DNA of 64,000 nucleotides from an uncultured Chloroflexia bacterium. Lineage in GTDB: Bacteria > Chloroflexota > Anaerolineae > JAAYZQ01. The notes beneath the pieces were generated by a model. The model was not told the origin of the DNA and ran no database searches. It worked only from the letters and a program-made list of their open reading frames with translations. Shown here piece by piece: positions 40,388 to 48,454 of this stretch (position 1 is the first letter of the stretch; every line of letters begins with the position of its first letter). The stretch covers positions 384,001-448,000 of the forward strand of contig CAVOXA010000014.1 in assembly GCA_963700285.1 (NCBI GenBank), in the 5' to 3' direction. The position numbers and the translations under genes are program-made.

Positions 40388-41830
40388 CTAGACCGCTGCT
40401 TGAGCCAAGATCGCCTGCAGTTCGTCTTTTCTGTCTGGAGCCAGGGCCCTGGTCCGGTGCTCCCTGAGAATCTCCTTGACCCGGCCGTTGAGACGTTGGT
40501 TCAGCGACATCGCCCCGGATTCCAGCCATTGGTCCCGCCTCTGCCGGTCCAGGAGGCCAGGATACCAGAAATCCCGAAAGCGCCCCAACGTCTTTGCGGT
40601 GTCCATAAAGTGGCCGCCGGGCCCGACCTGATGCAACTCTTCCAGCATCATCGTATCTGCGTTGACCTCGATACCTTTCATCAGATGATCGGCCAGGGCA
40701 ATCAGCTCATCGGTGAGAACGATCATCTCGAAGGAGCCGGTGAGCCCACTTTCCAGGTAGCCGACATCGTGGATCAGGTTCGCACCACTAAGCTTGGCCA
40801 TCATGACCGACAACTGAGCTTCCAGCGCGGCCTGCTCGTCCATGACCTTGGCGTCACTGCAGCCGGCATAACCCCAGGTTGGCAACCCATACCACTGGCC
40901 CAATTGGGCGATGGCCGCTTTGGTGAGCTGGAATTCGGGCGACCCGTAGCAGATCTGGGCCGACCGCATGTCCAGGTGATGCAGGCCAGCGCCAAAGACA
41001 AAGGGCGCTCCCGGCCGCGCCAACTGGTGCACGACCAAAGCACTGAGGATCTCGGCCAGGGCCAGCACCAGACCGCTGGCCATCGTGATCGGGCCCGTGC
41101 CGCCCATCAGCGGAGCGGGCGAATAGACGATGGGCAGTTCGTTCTCGGCCATGAGCAGCAGTTTGTCCACGGCGGTCTCGGACTGCTGCAGCGGCGAACT
41201 GGGCTCAGAATAGAGCAGGATATGCTGTTGCTCGACCAGCGCACCGTGCCCGCCTGCCACGGCAGTCGCCATATCAATGGCGCGCTGGCAGCTAGCCTTG
41301 TCGTTGGTCACAAACACGATAGGCTTGGTGGTGTGCTCCAGCATCAGTGCCATCTGCAGATCGTAGGCCAGCGCCGGTTCGACATCGGAGGGGATGCCGA
41401 TGGACATCACAAAGTGGATGTTCTCCAGGGCATCACAGAGGCGATAGCCACTGACGATGTCGGCCTGCGTGAACTTGCGATGGTCGCCGGTCTCGGGGTC
41501 GAGGAAGTTCAAGCAGTCGGAGCCAGTGCCAAAGTAGACCTTGGTTCCTTCCAGGTGCAATACAGGGTCGCCATCGCGATCGCACATGACGATCCTGCCC
41601 GGCGTCGAGGCAACTGCATCCTCCACCAAGCGAGCCGGAAACCTGACCAGATTTCCATCGGAGACAAAGGCTCCCTCTTTTTGCAGCATGTCCAGGGCTC
41701 CCCGGTGATGGAAGCGAAGCCCAGTGCGCCGTAACACCTCCAGGGCACCAAAGTGCAGGTCTTGAAGCTGGCCTTCAGACAGAATCGCGAACTGCGGTCC
41801 GAGATACGCCACCGAATTCACTGTTTTCAT
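40388..41830 (-). CDS. MttB-superfamily corrinoid methyltransferase, non-pyrrolysine (paralog 9)
   Basis: FGTGSDC, YGSPEF, YAGCSDAK, ANLIHDVGYLE; most similar to paralog 1. Confidence 0.92.
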   Translation of the reverse strand: MKTVNSVAYLGPQFAILSEGQLQDLHFGALEVLRRTGLRFHHRGALDMLQKEGAFVSDGNLVRFPARLVEDAVASTPGRIVMCDRDGDPVLHLEGTKVYFGTGSDCLNFLDPETGDHRKFTQADIVSGYRLCDALENIHFVMSIGIPSDVEPALAYDLQMALMLEHTTKPIVFVTNDKASCQRAIDMATAVAGGHGALVEQQHILLYSEPSSPLQQSETAVDKLLLMAENELPIVYSPAPLMGGTGPITMASGLVLALAEILSALVVHQLARPGAPFVFGAGLHHLDMRSAQICYGSPEFQLTKAAIAQLGQWYGLPTWGYAGCSDAKVMDEQAALEAQLSVMMAKLSGANLIHDVGYLESGLTGSFEMIVLTDELIALADHLMKGIEVNADTMMLEELHQVGPGGHFMDTAKTLGRFRDFWYPGLLDRQRRDQWLESGAMSLNQRLNGRVKEILREHRTRALAPDRKDELQAILAQAAV

Positions 41831-41970
41831 GGTCGATTCCCCTCAGGGCCACACAGCTACACTGTCAGAGATCCAGAAATATACGCGCTGGCGAAGAGCC
41901 TGAACTCTTGGCGCAGCATTTTTGTAGATACGCCGCGCTTGGCCGTCACCCAGTCGCCTCAAAGCGCCCA

Positions 41971-43134
41971 CTAGAGGGCAGCGAGTGCACCTGCTATCCG
42001 CTCCAATGCCTTCTGGATATTCTCCATCGAGGTAGCGTACGAAAGACGCAGGTAGCCCTCCCCATTGCGACCAAAAGACGTACCAGGCAGAACGGCGACC
42101 CCAGCCTCATCCAACAAATAGTCGGCCAGCTCGTCCGAGGACAGGCCGAATGCGGACACATTTGGAAAAGCGTAGAAGGCGCCCTTGGGCATCGGGCACC
42201 GGAGGCCGGGAATGGCGTTGAGCCCATCGACGATAAAGTCGCGACGGCGGCGGAACTCGGCCACCACCGCATCCACCTCATCCTGTGGGCCGAGGACAGC
42301 TTCCAGACCTGCATACTGGGTGAAGGTTGCCGAACAACCGACCGAGTGGGTGAGCAGGAGATCCAGCTTTTCGGCCAGTGGTTGGGGCATGATGCCAAAG
42401 CCCAGGCGCCAACCGGTCATGGCGTAGGTCTTGGAGAAACCATCGGCAATGATGGTCCGATCAGCCATACCAGGCAGCGATATAATGCTGGATGCCGCGT
42501 CATCGTAGGCCATCCGACCATAGATTTCGTCGGAGAGGATCCACAGGTCATGACGGTTGGCAATCTCGGCTACATGGACCAAGGTCTCGGCTGATAGAAT
42601 GTTGCCCGTGGGATTGCCAGGAGAATTCAGGATGATCATGCGCGTTCTAGGACCAAGGCGGAGATCCAGGGCGTCCACGTCCAGGTCAAATCCCCGCTCC
42701 TCGACCAGGGGGATGGGCACAGGAGTCGCGCCACTCAGACCAATGGTTGCCGCGTAGCTGGGGAAGCCCGGATCGGGATGGATCACTTCATCACCCGGCT
42801 CAAGGAGGGCCAGCATTGGCAGGAGCAGCAGCGGTTTGTTCCCAGGCGCGACCACGACCTGCTCGGACGAAAACTCGACCCCACGCCGCCATCCGGCATC
42901 GGCGGCCAGAGCCTGGCGAAGGGCCGGCACGCCGGAGGGCAAGGTATAGCGGGTATGGCCCGTGGTAATGGCCCGAATACCGGCAAGGGCAATGTTTGCA
43001 TAGGTCTCAAAATCAGGCTGGCCCATTTCCAGGTGGACGATCTCCCTGCCCTGGGCTTCCAACGCCTGGGCGCGAGCAAAGACCGCATAGGCCCCTTCTG
43101 CCTTCAAATGAATGATGCGACGGGCAAAGGACAT
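41971..43134 (-). CDS. Class I/II PLP aminotransferase (aspartate aminotransferase-like)
   Basis: GQPDF, NSPGNPTG, SDEIY, GFSKTYAMTGWRLG, GAFY, YLRLSYA. Confidence 0.93.
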   Translation of the reverse strand: MSFARRIIHLKAEGAYAVFARAQALEAQGREIVHLEMGQPDFETYANIALAGIRAITTGHTRYTLPSGVPALRQALAADAGWRRGVEFSSEQVVVAPGNKPLLLLPMLALLEPGDEVIHPDPGFPSYAATIGLSGATPVPIPLVEERGFDLDVDALDLRLGPRTRMIILNSPGNPTGNILSAETLVHVAEIANRHDLWILSDEIYGRMAYDDAASSIISLPGMADRTIIADGFSKTYAMTGWRLGFGIMPQPLAEKLDLLLTHSVGCSATFTQYAGLEAVLGPQDEVDAVVAEFRRRRDFIVDGLNAIPGLRCPMPKGAFYAFPNVSAFGLSSDELADYLLDEAGVAVLPGTSFGRNGEGYLRLSYATSMENIQKALERIAGALAAL

Positions 43135-43163
43135 AGCACCTGTCCTTTCAGAACAGTTTGAAT

Positions 43164-44612
43164 CTACAGGAGAATATTGAACCTGGCCCTGATGCTGGAC
43201 TCCACGCCGGGCGCTAGTGGCTTCGGCTCGTGCTCACGGAGCAGCGTCGTCGCACGGGCAGCGGCTCGTGCCCGGCTGTCCTTTTTGCCCGCCAGCTCCC
43301 ACGCTGCCCGGTTCTGACGGTCTGCCAGAAGTGGGTGGAAGAGTTCAGATCTCATGAACCGCAGCGTGTGGCCGTCCATCAAAAAGTGCCCGCCAGGACC
43401 GACCCGGTCAATGGCATCGACGGCCAGAGCGTCGTCGGTGACATCCATGCCGCGCAGCACGCGCATGGCCATCCCAACCATCTCATCATCAAGGACAGCC
43501 TGCTCCAGCGAGGCTGCGTTCATGTTGGTGATCATGGCGACGGCATGGTGGATGTAGTTGCAGCCGCCCATTGCCGCCAGCATCAGGGTCGCCATCTTTT
43601 CGTAGCCGGCTTGAACGTCGGGAAGCTTGCTATCGGTCATACCGCCCGAGCCATAGATGGGCACCCGATAGCGATGGGCCAACTGTGCCGCAGCAGCCTG
43701 CATCATGCCGAACTCGACAGCGCCGCCGAGGTAGCCGCCGCTGCGCAGGTCAACCACGCCAGGGATATAGCCTGCCAGCACGGGTGTGCCGGGGCGCACG
43801 AGTTGGGTAAGCACGATGCCGCTCAACTGCTCTGCGTTAAGTTGTACCAGCGTACCGGCCAAGGTCACGGGCGAGGTAGAGCCGGCCATTGGCGCAGACG
43901 ACAGGACCACGGGCAATCCGTGTTTGCACCACTCGATGAGAATATCGGTTACGCCAGTGTCCAAGTGCAGAGGACTGACCATCCAGCTCGTGACCGCCGA
44001 GACAATGGGACGCGCCCGCAATGCCTCCAGACCTCCAGCGATCAGGCTTGCCAGTTCGACAACCTGGCCCGCCCCCACCACCGATCCGGCATGGGTCTGG
44101 ACGTTGCTCATAACGTGCTTGGTGCTGTTGGCCAGACAGGCATGAAAGCGATTGACCGGCGCGTCCTCAGGGGGAACGTCGGTGGGCTGCAGGGGGATTG
44201 TGATAAAGTCACAATGCTCCAGGGCATCAGCCAAGAGGGCCAGTTGCGCGAGATCGCGCAGCGTCCCAGGCCGGACGGTGTCCGCACCCAGATCGAGGAC
44301 CATCGTCGGCGAGCCGCCAGTCCCGGCATAGACCCGCTTTCCCTCCAACAGCACGTCTTGACCGGGATCTCGGCCAGCCAGCAGAACCGTGGAAGGAACG
44401 GTAACCAAGGCCGCTTCGACCATGGCCGGCGTGATGTATACCCGGGTACCATCGATCCTTGCCCCACCCCGGCGGTAGAGGGCCAGCGCGGACTCGTTCT
44501 CAACCTGGACGCCCGTGCGCTCCAGTACGGCCAGCGAGGCATCGTGAATGCGCCCCAGTTGCTCCTCGGTCAACGGCTGGTACTGTCCACCCACGGGACC
44601 AGGTCGTCCCAT
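43164..44612 (-). CDS. MttB-superfamily corrinoid methyltransferase, non-pyrrolysine (paralog 10, MtgB-like)
   Basis: HDASLAVLERTGV, MAGSTSPVTLAG, GGMTDSK.PD.QAGYEK, VGPGGHFL. Confidence 0.92.
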   Translation of the reverse strand: MGRPGPVGGQYQPLTEEQLGRIHDASLAVLERTGVQVENESALALYRRGGARIDGTRVYITPAMVEAALVTVPSTVLLAGRDPGQDVLLEGKRVYAGTGGSPTMVLDLGADTVRPGTLRDLAQLALLADALEHCDFITIPLQPTDVPPEDAPVNRFHACLANSTKHVMSNVQTHAGSVVGAGQVVELASLIAGGLEALRARPIVSAVTSWMVSPLHLDTGVTDILIEWCKHGLPVVLSSAPMAGSTSPVTLAGTLVQLNAEQLSGIVLTQLVRPGTPVLAGYIPGVVDLRSGGYLGGAVEFGMMQAAAAQLAHRYRVPIYGSGGMTDSKLPDVQAGYEKMATLMLAAMGGCNYIHHAVAMITNMNAASLEQAVLDDEMVGMAMRVLRGMDVTDDALAVDAIDRVGPGGHFLMDGHTLRFMRSELFHPLLADRQNRAAWELAGKKDSRARAAARATTLLREHEPKPLAPGVESSIRARFNILL

Positions 44613-44736
44613 GCACTGCCTCCCTGGAAACAAGTTTCGTGCGCCCCGGTATCGCGTTCACGGGGCCCATGTCTCAAGCCTCACGCTCAACGTCCGAAGC
44701 TTGGCGGCAACGGTTTCGCTTTCGGCGGTCTGCACC

Positions 44737-46182
44737 TCACGCAGACCGCCGTCGGAGCACCTCCGCGATGGCTTCCTCGGCGCTGGGTAGCAGGGGAGGT
44801 ACCTCGTGTTGGGCCAGGATCTCGCGAGCGCGCTCGTTGGCCCTGGTCGTCATGTCCTTGCTACCCTGCTTCACCCAGCGATCATAGCGCATCCTGTCGA
44901 TCAGCATGGGCTGCCACTGCGCCCACTTCCAATTGTCCAGGGTGTGGTCGTCGGCCAGGAAGCCGCCACCGGGCTTGGCCCGATGGATCGCCTCGCGGGC
45001 CAGGGTTCGGTCGCTGACCTCCACACCGCCCATCATGTACCGGACGTCACGTATGATCTCGTCGGCGATGACCAGCATCTCCATGGAGGAGGTGGTTCCA
45101 TACTCAATGTAGCCTACATCGTGGACCAGGTTGCAGCGACTGAGAAAAGCCGACATGATCGTGACCGTCGCCTCGATGCCAGCCTGGGCATCGACGACCT
45201 TGCTATCTGTGGCGCCTGCACCTCCCCAGACTGGTAGACCATAAAAGCGGCCCAGATCGGTGAAGGCAGGCATGGCCATGGCCCACTCGGGGGCGCCATA
45301 ACTAACGATGGCCGACTTCATATCAAGCGCGGCGATGTTCATGCCATATAGGAAGGGGGTTCCCGGCCGGATCAACTGGGTCAGTACCAACCCGACCAGG
45401 CATTCAGCGTTGCCCAGGGCCAGCGCTCCAGCTACCGTGATGGGACCACCGCCGCCGGTATTGGGCGACGGCGGATAAGTCACGGGGATGCCCTTCTCGG
45501 CGCAGAACATGAGCTTGTCCACCGATTCATCGTTGTAGAGCAGGGGCGAAATTGATTCCGCATAGAGCATCATGAAGGGCTTCTCACGCAGTTCTGTCTC
45601 TCCACCGACCACGGCACAAGCGATGCGATAGATGTCCTCCATGTCCGCCCGGTCCACGGCTGTGTAGATGTTGGGCTTGGCAGAGCCCCGAATCATCTGC
45701 ACAAAGCTATGCAGGTAGTGATCCAAGGTAGGAACATCTGATGGCGTGCCCATCGACATGACGAAATCGATCTGTTCCAGACCATCACACAGGTGGGCGA
45801 TGCGCCACACATCGCCGGCGACAGCCCGGCGCCGTTCACCGGTCTCCACGTCGATAGTAAAGGGGCAGTCAGAACCCGGACCGAAGAAAACCTTGCCCTC
45901 CTCCAAAGGCATGGTCAGATCGCCAAGACGATTGTGCATCGGTATGCGTGACGGGGCAGCGGCGATGGCATCTATCACCGCCCGCTCGGGGATCTTGAGC
46001 CGACCCTCTGTTTCCCAGGCGCCAGCCTCAAGCAGCAGTTTGCGGCCCGACTCATTCTTCATTACGATGCCAGTTCGTAGCAGGATATCCAGGCTGGCAT
46101 GGTGAATGGCCAAGATCTGTTCTTCGGACAACATCGAGATGGTGGGATGCACCGTGGGTACAGGGAACTGCTCAATCGCCAT
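44737..46182 (-). CDS. MttB-superfamily corrinoid methyltransferase, non-pyrrolysine (paralog 11)
   Basis: HHASLDILLRTG, FGPGSDC, SYGAPE, GATDSK, NLVHDVGY. Confidence 0.92.
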   Translation of the reverse strand: MAIEQFPVPTVHPTISMLSEEQILAIHHASLDILLRTGIVMKNESGRKLLLEAGAWETEGRLKIPERAVIDAIAAAPSRIPMHNRLGDLTMPLEEGKVFFGPGSDCPFTIDVETGERRRAVAGDVWRIAHLCDGLEQIDFVMSMGTPSDVPTLDHYLHSFVQMIRGSAKPNIYTAVDRADMEDIYRIACAVVGGETELREKPFMMLYAESISPLLYNDESVDKLMFCAEKGIPVTYPPSPNTGGGGPITVAGALALGNAECLVGLVLTQLIRPGTPFLYGMNIAALDMKSAIVSYGAPEWAMAMPAFTDLGRFYGLPVWGGAGATDSKVVDAQAGIEATVTIMSAFLSRCNLVHDVGYIEYGTTSSMEMLVIADEIIRDVRYMMGGVEVSDRTLAREAIHRAKPGGGFLADDHTLDNWKWAQWQPMLIDRMRYDRWVKQGSKDMTTRANERAREILAQHEVPPLLPSAEEAIAEVLRRRSA

Positions 46183-46279
46183 AGAACCTCCAACAGACAA
46201 CAAAGAAATGCGTGGAACATGGCCACCATCTGGTGCCCATGTTTCACGCACCACAGATTCCTACTGCGTTCAGATCACT

Positions 46280-46912
46280 CTACGCCAAGCTGCGGGCCAC
46301 GTCCACGGCGCTAGCCGCGTCGGCAGCGTAAGCATCGGCCCCAATCTCCCGAGCAAAAGCATCCGTCACCGGCGCTCCACCAATCATGATCTTGATCGAG
46401 TCGCGCAGGCCCGCCTCTTCTAGGGCCTCGATGATGGCCTTCATCTGGACCATGGTCGTGGTTAGCAAAGCACTCATGCCCAAGAACTGGGGTTGGTGCT
46501 TGCTGACGGCATCGACGAAAGCCTGTGCATCCACATCGGTGCCAAGATCAATCATGTCAAAGCCAGCGCCCTCGAGCATCATCCTGACCAGGTTCTTGCC
46601 AATGTCGTGAAGGTCCCCTTTGACGGTCCCAATCACATACTTGCCCGCGCTCATCGCATCGCCTTCGGCCAGCAACGGTCGCAGCACATCCATGCCTGCG
46701 TGCATGGCCCGGGCGGCAATCAGTACCTCCGGCACAAAGAGGTCGCCGGCCTTAAAGTCCCGGCCTACCTCATCCATCCCGGCGATGAGTCCCCCTTTCA
46801 GGATCTCGGCAGGATCGATGCCTTCGTCCACAGCCTGCTGAACCAGGGCGGCGACCTCTTTATCCTCGCCGTCGTACAGATTTGAAGCGATTTTTTGCAG
46901 AATGTCTGCCAT
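46280..46912 (-). CDS. Methyltransferase cognate corrinoid protein (MtbC/MttC family)
   Basis: GDLHDIGKN B12 motif, SALLTTTM, MIGGAPV; strong GGAGG RBS. Confidence 0.94.
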   Translation of the reverse strand: MADILQKIASNLYDGEDKEVAALVQQAVDEGIDPAEILKGGLIAGMDEVGRDFKAGDLFVPEVLIAARAMHAGMDVLRPLLAEGDAMSAGKYVIGTVKGDLHDIGKNLVRMMLEGAGFDMIDLGTDVDAQAFVDAVSKHQPQFLGMSALLTTTMVQMKAIIEALEEAGLRDSIKIMIGGAPVTDAFAREIGADAYAADAASAVDVARSLA

Positions 46913-46959
46913 CTTTTTCCTCCTCTTTGAGTTGATTCCTTATACAAGATTGACTGCAA

Positions 46960-47001
46960 TAAAAAAGGGAAACAGATCGCTTTTAGGAAAGCCTGTTCCC
47001 C
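46960..47001 (-). terminator. Intrinsic terminator/attenuator in the 5' leader of the island
   Basis: Minus strand GGGGAACAG-GCTTT-ccta-AAAGC-gat-CTGTTTCCC followed by TTTTTT, about 45 nt before ATG 46912. Confidence 0.7.
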
Positions 47002-47220
47002 TAAACAGAAACCATGACCAGCCACAGATTCACCTTGCCGGCGCGCTGCTCGAACGTTTCAGAAGAGAGCGGCTGCGAGGCAACGATGATTCGTTCCGCA
47101 GTGGCGATGTTTGCGCTGGATCGGTTTGCCAATTCTTCACCCTTCCGGCCTGGAAACGTGTGGCATTCAGCCGCGGCGCAGCCCACCTCATCCCAGGGCC
47201 ACGCCGCAAATGACTGGCCC

Positions 47221-47249
47221 ATTATAGGCTGTTTTTCATCCATTGTCAA
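47221..47249 (-). promoter_or_regulatory. Consensus sigma70 promoter of the methyltransferase island
   Basis: Minus strand TTGACA-N17-TATAAT, exact consensus. Confidence 0.8.
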
Positions 47250-47308
47250 GTCGGTGCGCGCGCAGTCAACCAGCGTGTAGGCGGGCGGAAAACGTGGCAG
47301 CGGAGAAG

Positions 47309-47337
47309 TTGCATTTTCTATCGCTTCGCGATAGAAT
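47309..47337 (+). promoter_or_regulatory. Divergent sigma70 promoter overlapped by a perfect palindrome
   Basis: TTGCAT-N17-TAGAAT; TTCTATCGC-ttc-GCGATAGAA (47316-47336) covers the spacer and -10. Confidence 0.6.
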
Positions 47338-47375
47338 AAGGAAGGCATCGCCATCCCGGACAAGGAGCAGAACCC

Positions 47376-48386
47376 ATGAGCGCAGAACCAGCTGCACCAG
47401 ATGGATTGTACGACATCACCATCATCGGGGGCGGACCATCCGGCCTGTTTTCCGCCTTCTACGCTGGGCTCCGTGATGCCAAAACCAAGATCATCGATAG
47501 CTTGCCCCAATTGGGTGGGCAGTTGGCGGCCCTATATCCTGACAAGTACATCTATGATATCCCAGGCTTTCCCAGGGTCCTGGCCCGCGATTTTGTTGAG
47601 CGCCAGGTGGAGCAGGCGATGCAGTTTTCCCCCACGGTCTGCCTGAAGGAAAAGGTCACAGAGTTGCGGGCAGGTGGAGATGGCTACAGCGAGTTGAGAA
47701 CCAGCAAGGGAAACGTGCATCACTCCTGCGCCGTCATCATCGCCGCCGGCGTGGGCGCCTTTGTGCCCCGCACGCTGGACATTCCCGATATCAACAGGAT
47801 GGAAGGAAAAGGGGTCTACTTTTTTGTCAAGGACCTGGAAGCATTGCGCGGCCAGCGGGTACTCGTGGTCGGCGGGGGGGATACAGCCTTGGACTGGGCC
47901 AAGAGCTTGCTGGGCATCGCCAGTGAGGTCACGCTGATCCACCGCCGGGGCACCTTCCGCGCTCACGAACAGACGCTCAAAGAGATCTTGGTTTCATCGG
48001 CCAACGTCTTGCCGTTTTACGAACTGGAAGCCCTGCAAGGTGACGAGCGCGTTCGGGGAGCCACCGTTTTTGACAACCGCAGCGGTGAAGAGAAGACGAT
48101 TGAGGTAGATGCTGTTGTAATGGGCCTCGGATTCTTGGCCAACCTGGGGCCCATAAAGGAATGGGGGCTGGAAATCGTCAAGAACTCGATCCAGGTTGAC
48201 CACATGATGCAGACCAACCTATCAGGCGTGTTTGCCGTGGGCGACATCACCACCTACGAGGGAAAACTCAAGCTGATTGCCACGGCCACAGGGGAGGCGG
48301 CCACGGCAGCCAACTATGCCAAACGCTATATCGATCCCGCCACCCAGGTCTTTCCCGGACATAGCAGCCACCGGCCAGACAAGTGA
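47376..48386 (+). CDS. Ferredoxin--NADP+ reductase, thioredoxin-reductase-like (YumC type)
   Basis: GGGPSG, GGQLAALYPDKYIYD.PGF, GGGDTA.DWA, HRR..FRAH, GKLKLI, PGHSS; no CxxC. Confidence 0.9.
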   Translation: MSAEPAAPDGLYDITIIGGGPSGLFSAFYAGLRDAKTKIIDSLPQLGGQLAALYPDKYIYDIPGFPRVLARDFVERQVEQAMQFSPTVCLKEKVTELRAGGDGYSELRTSKGNVHHSCAVIIAAGVGAFVPRTLDIPDINRMEGKGVYFFVKDLEALRGQRVLVVGGGDTALDWAKSLLGIASEVTLIHRRGTFRAHEQTLKEILVSSANVLPFYELEALQGDERVRGATVFDNRSGEEKTIEVDAVVMGLGFLANLGPIKEWGLEIVKNSIQVDHMMQTNLSGVFAVGDITTYEGKLKLIATATGEAATAANYAKRYIDPATQVFPGHSSHRPDK

Positions 48387-48454
48387 CCGTCGAGGCAGCA
48401 GCGAGGCCGACCGTATGAGAATCTTGTCAATCCTGGTTGTACAGGAGTGAAGCC

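Noticed and set aside
43230-45017. Long plus-strand ORF (595 aa) and similar ones (38362-39615, 40400-41734, 49638-51029, 51321-52469)
   Set aside because: These are antisense shadows of well-supported high-GC minus-strand genes and have no recognisable motifs.
4992-46182. Pyrrolysine or selenocysteine recoding in the MttB genes
   Set aside because: Intact paralogs have no in-frame TAG or TGA, breaks in the others are frameshifts, and no pyl or sel genes are in the window.
47090-47135. c-di-GMP-I (GGCAAAC) or cobalamin (GCCACTG) riboswitch words in the leader
   Set aside because: Only isolated words match. The GAAA tetraloop/receptor and the B12 box were not found, so the leader is left unclassified.
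47001-47510. 169-aa minus-strand ORF across the divergent promoter region
   Set aside because: It overlaps the FNR gene antisense and both promoters, and has no motif or clear RBS.
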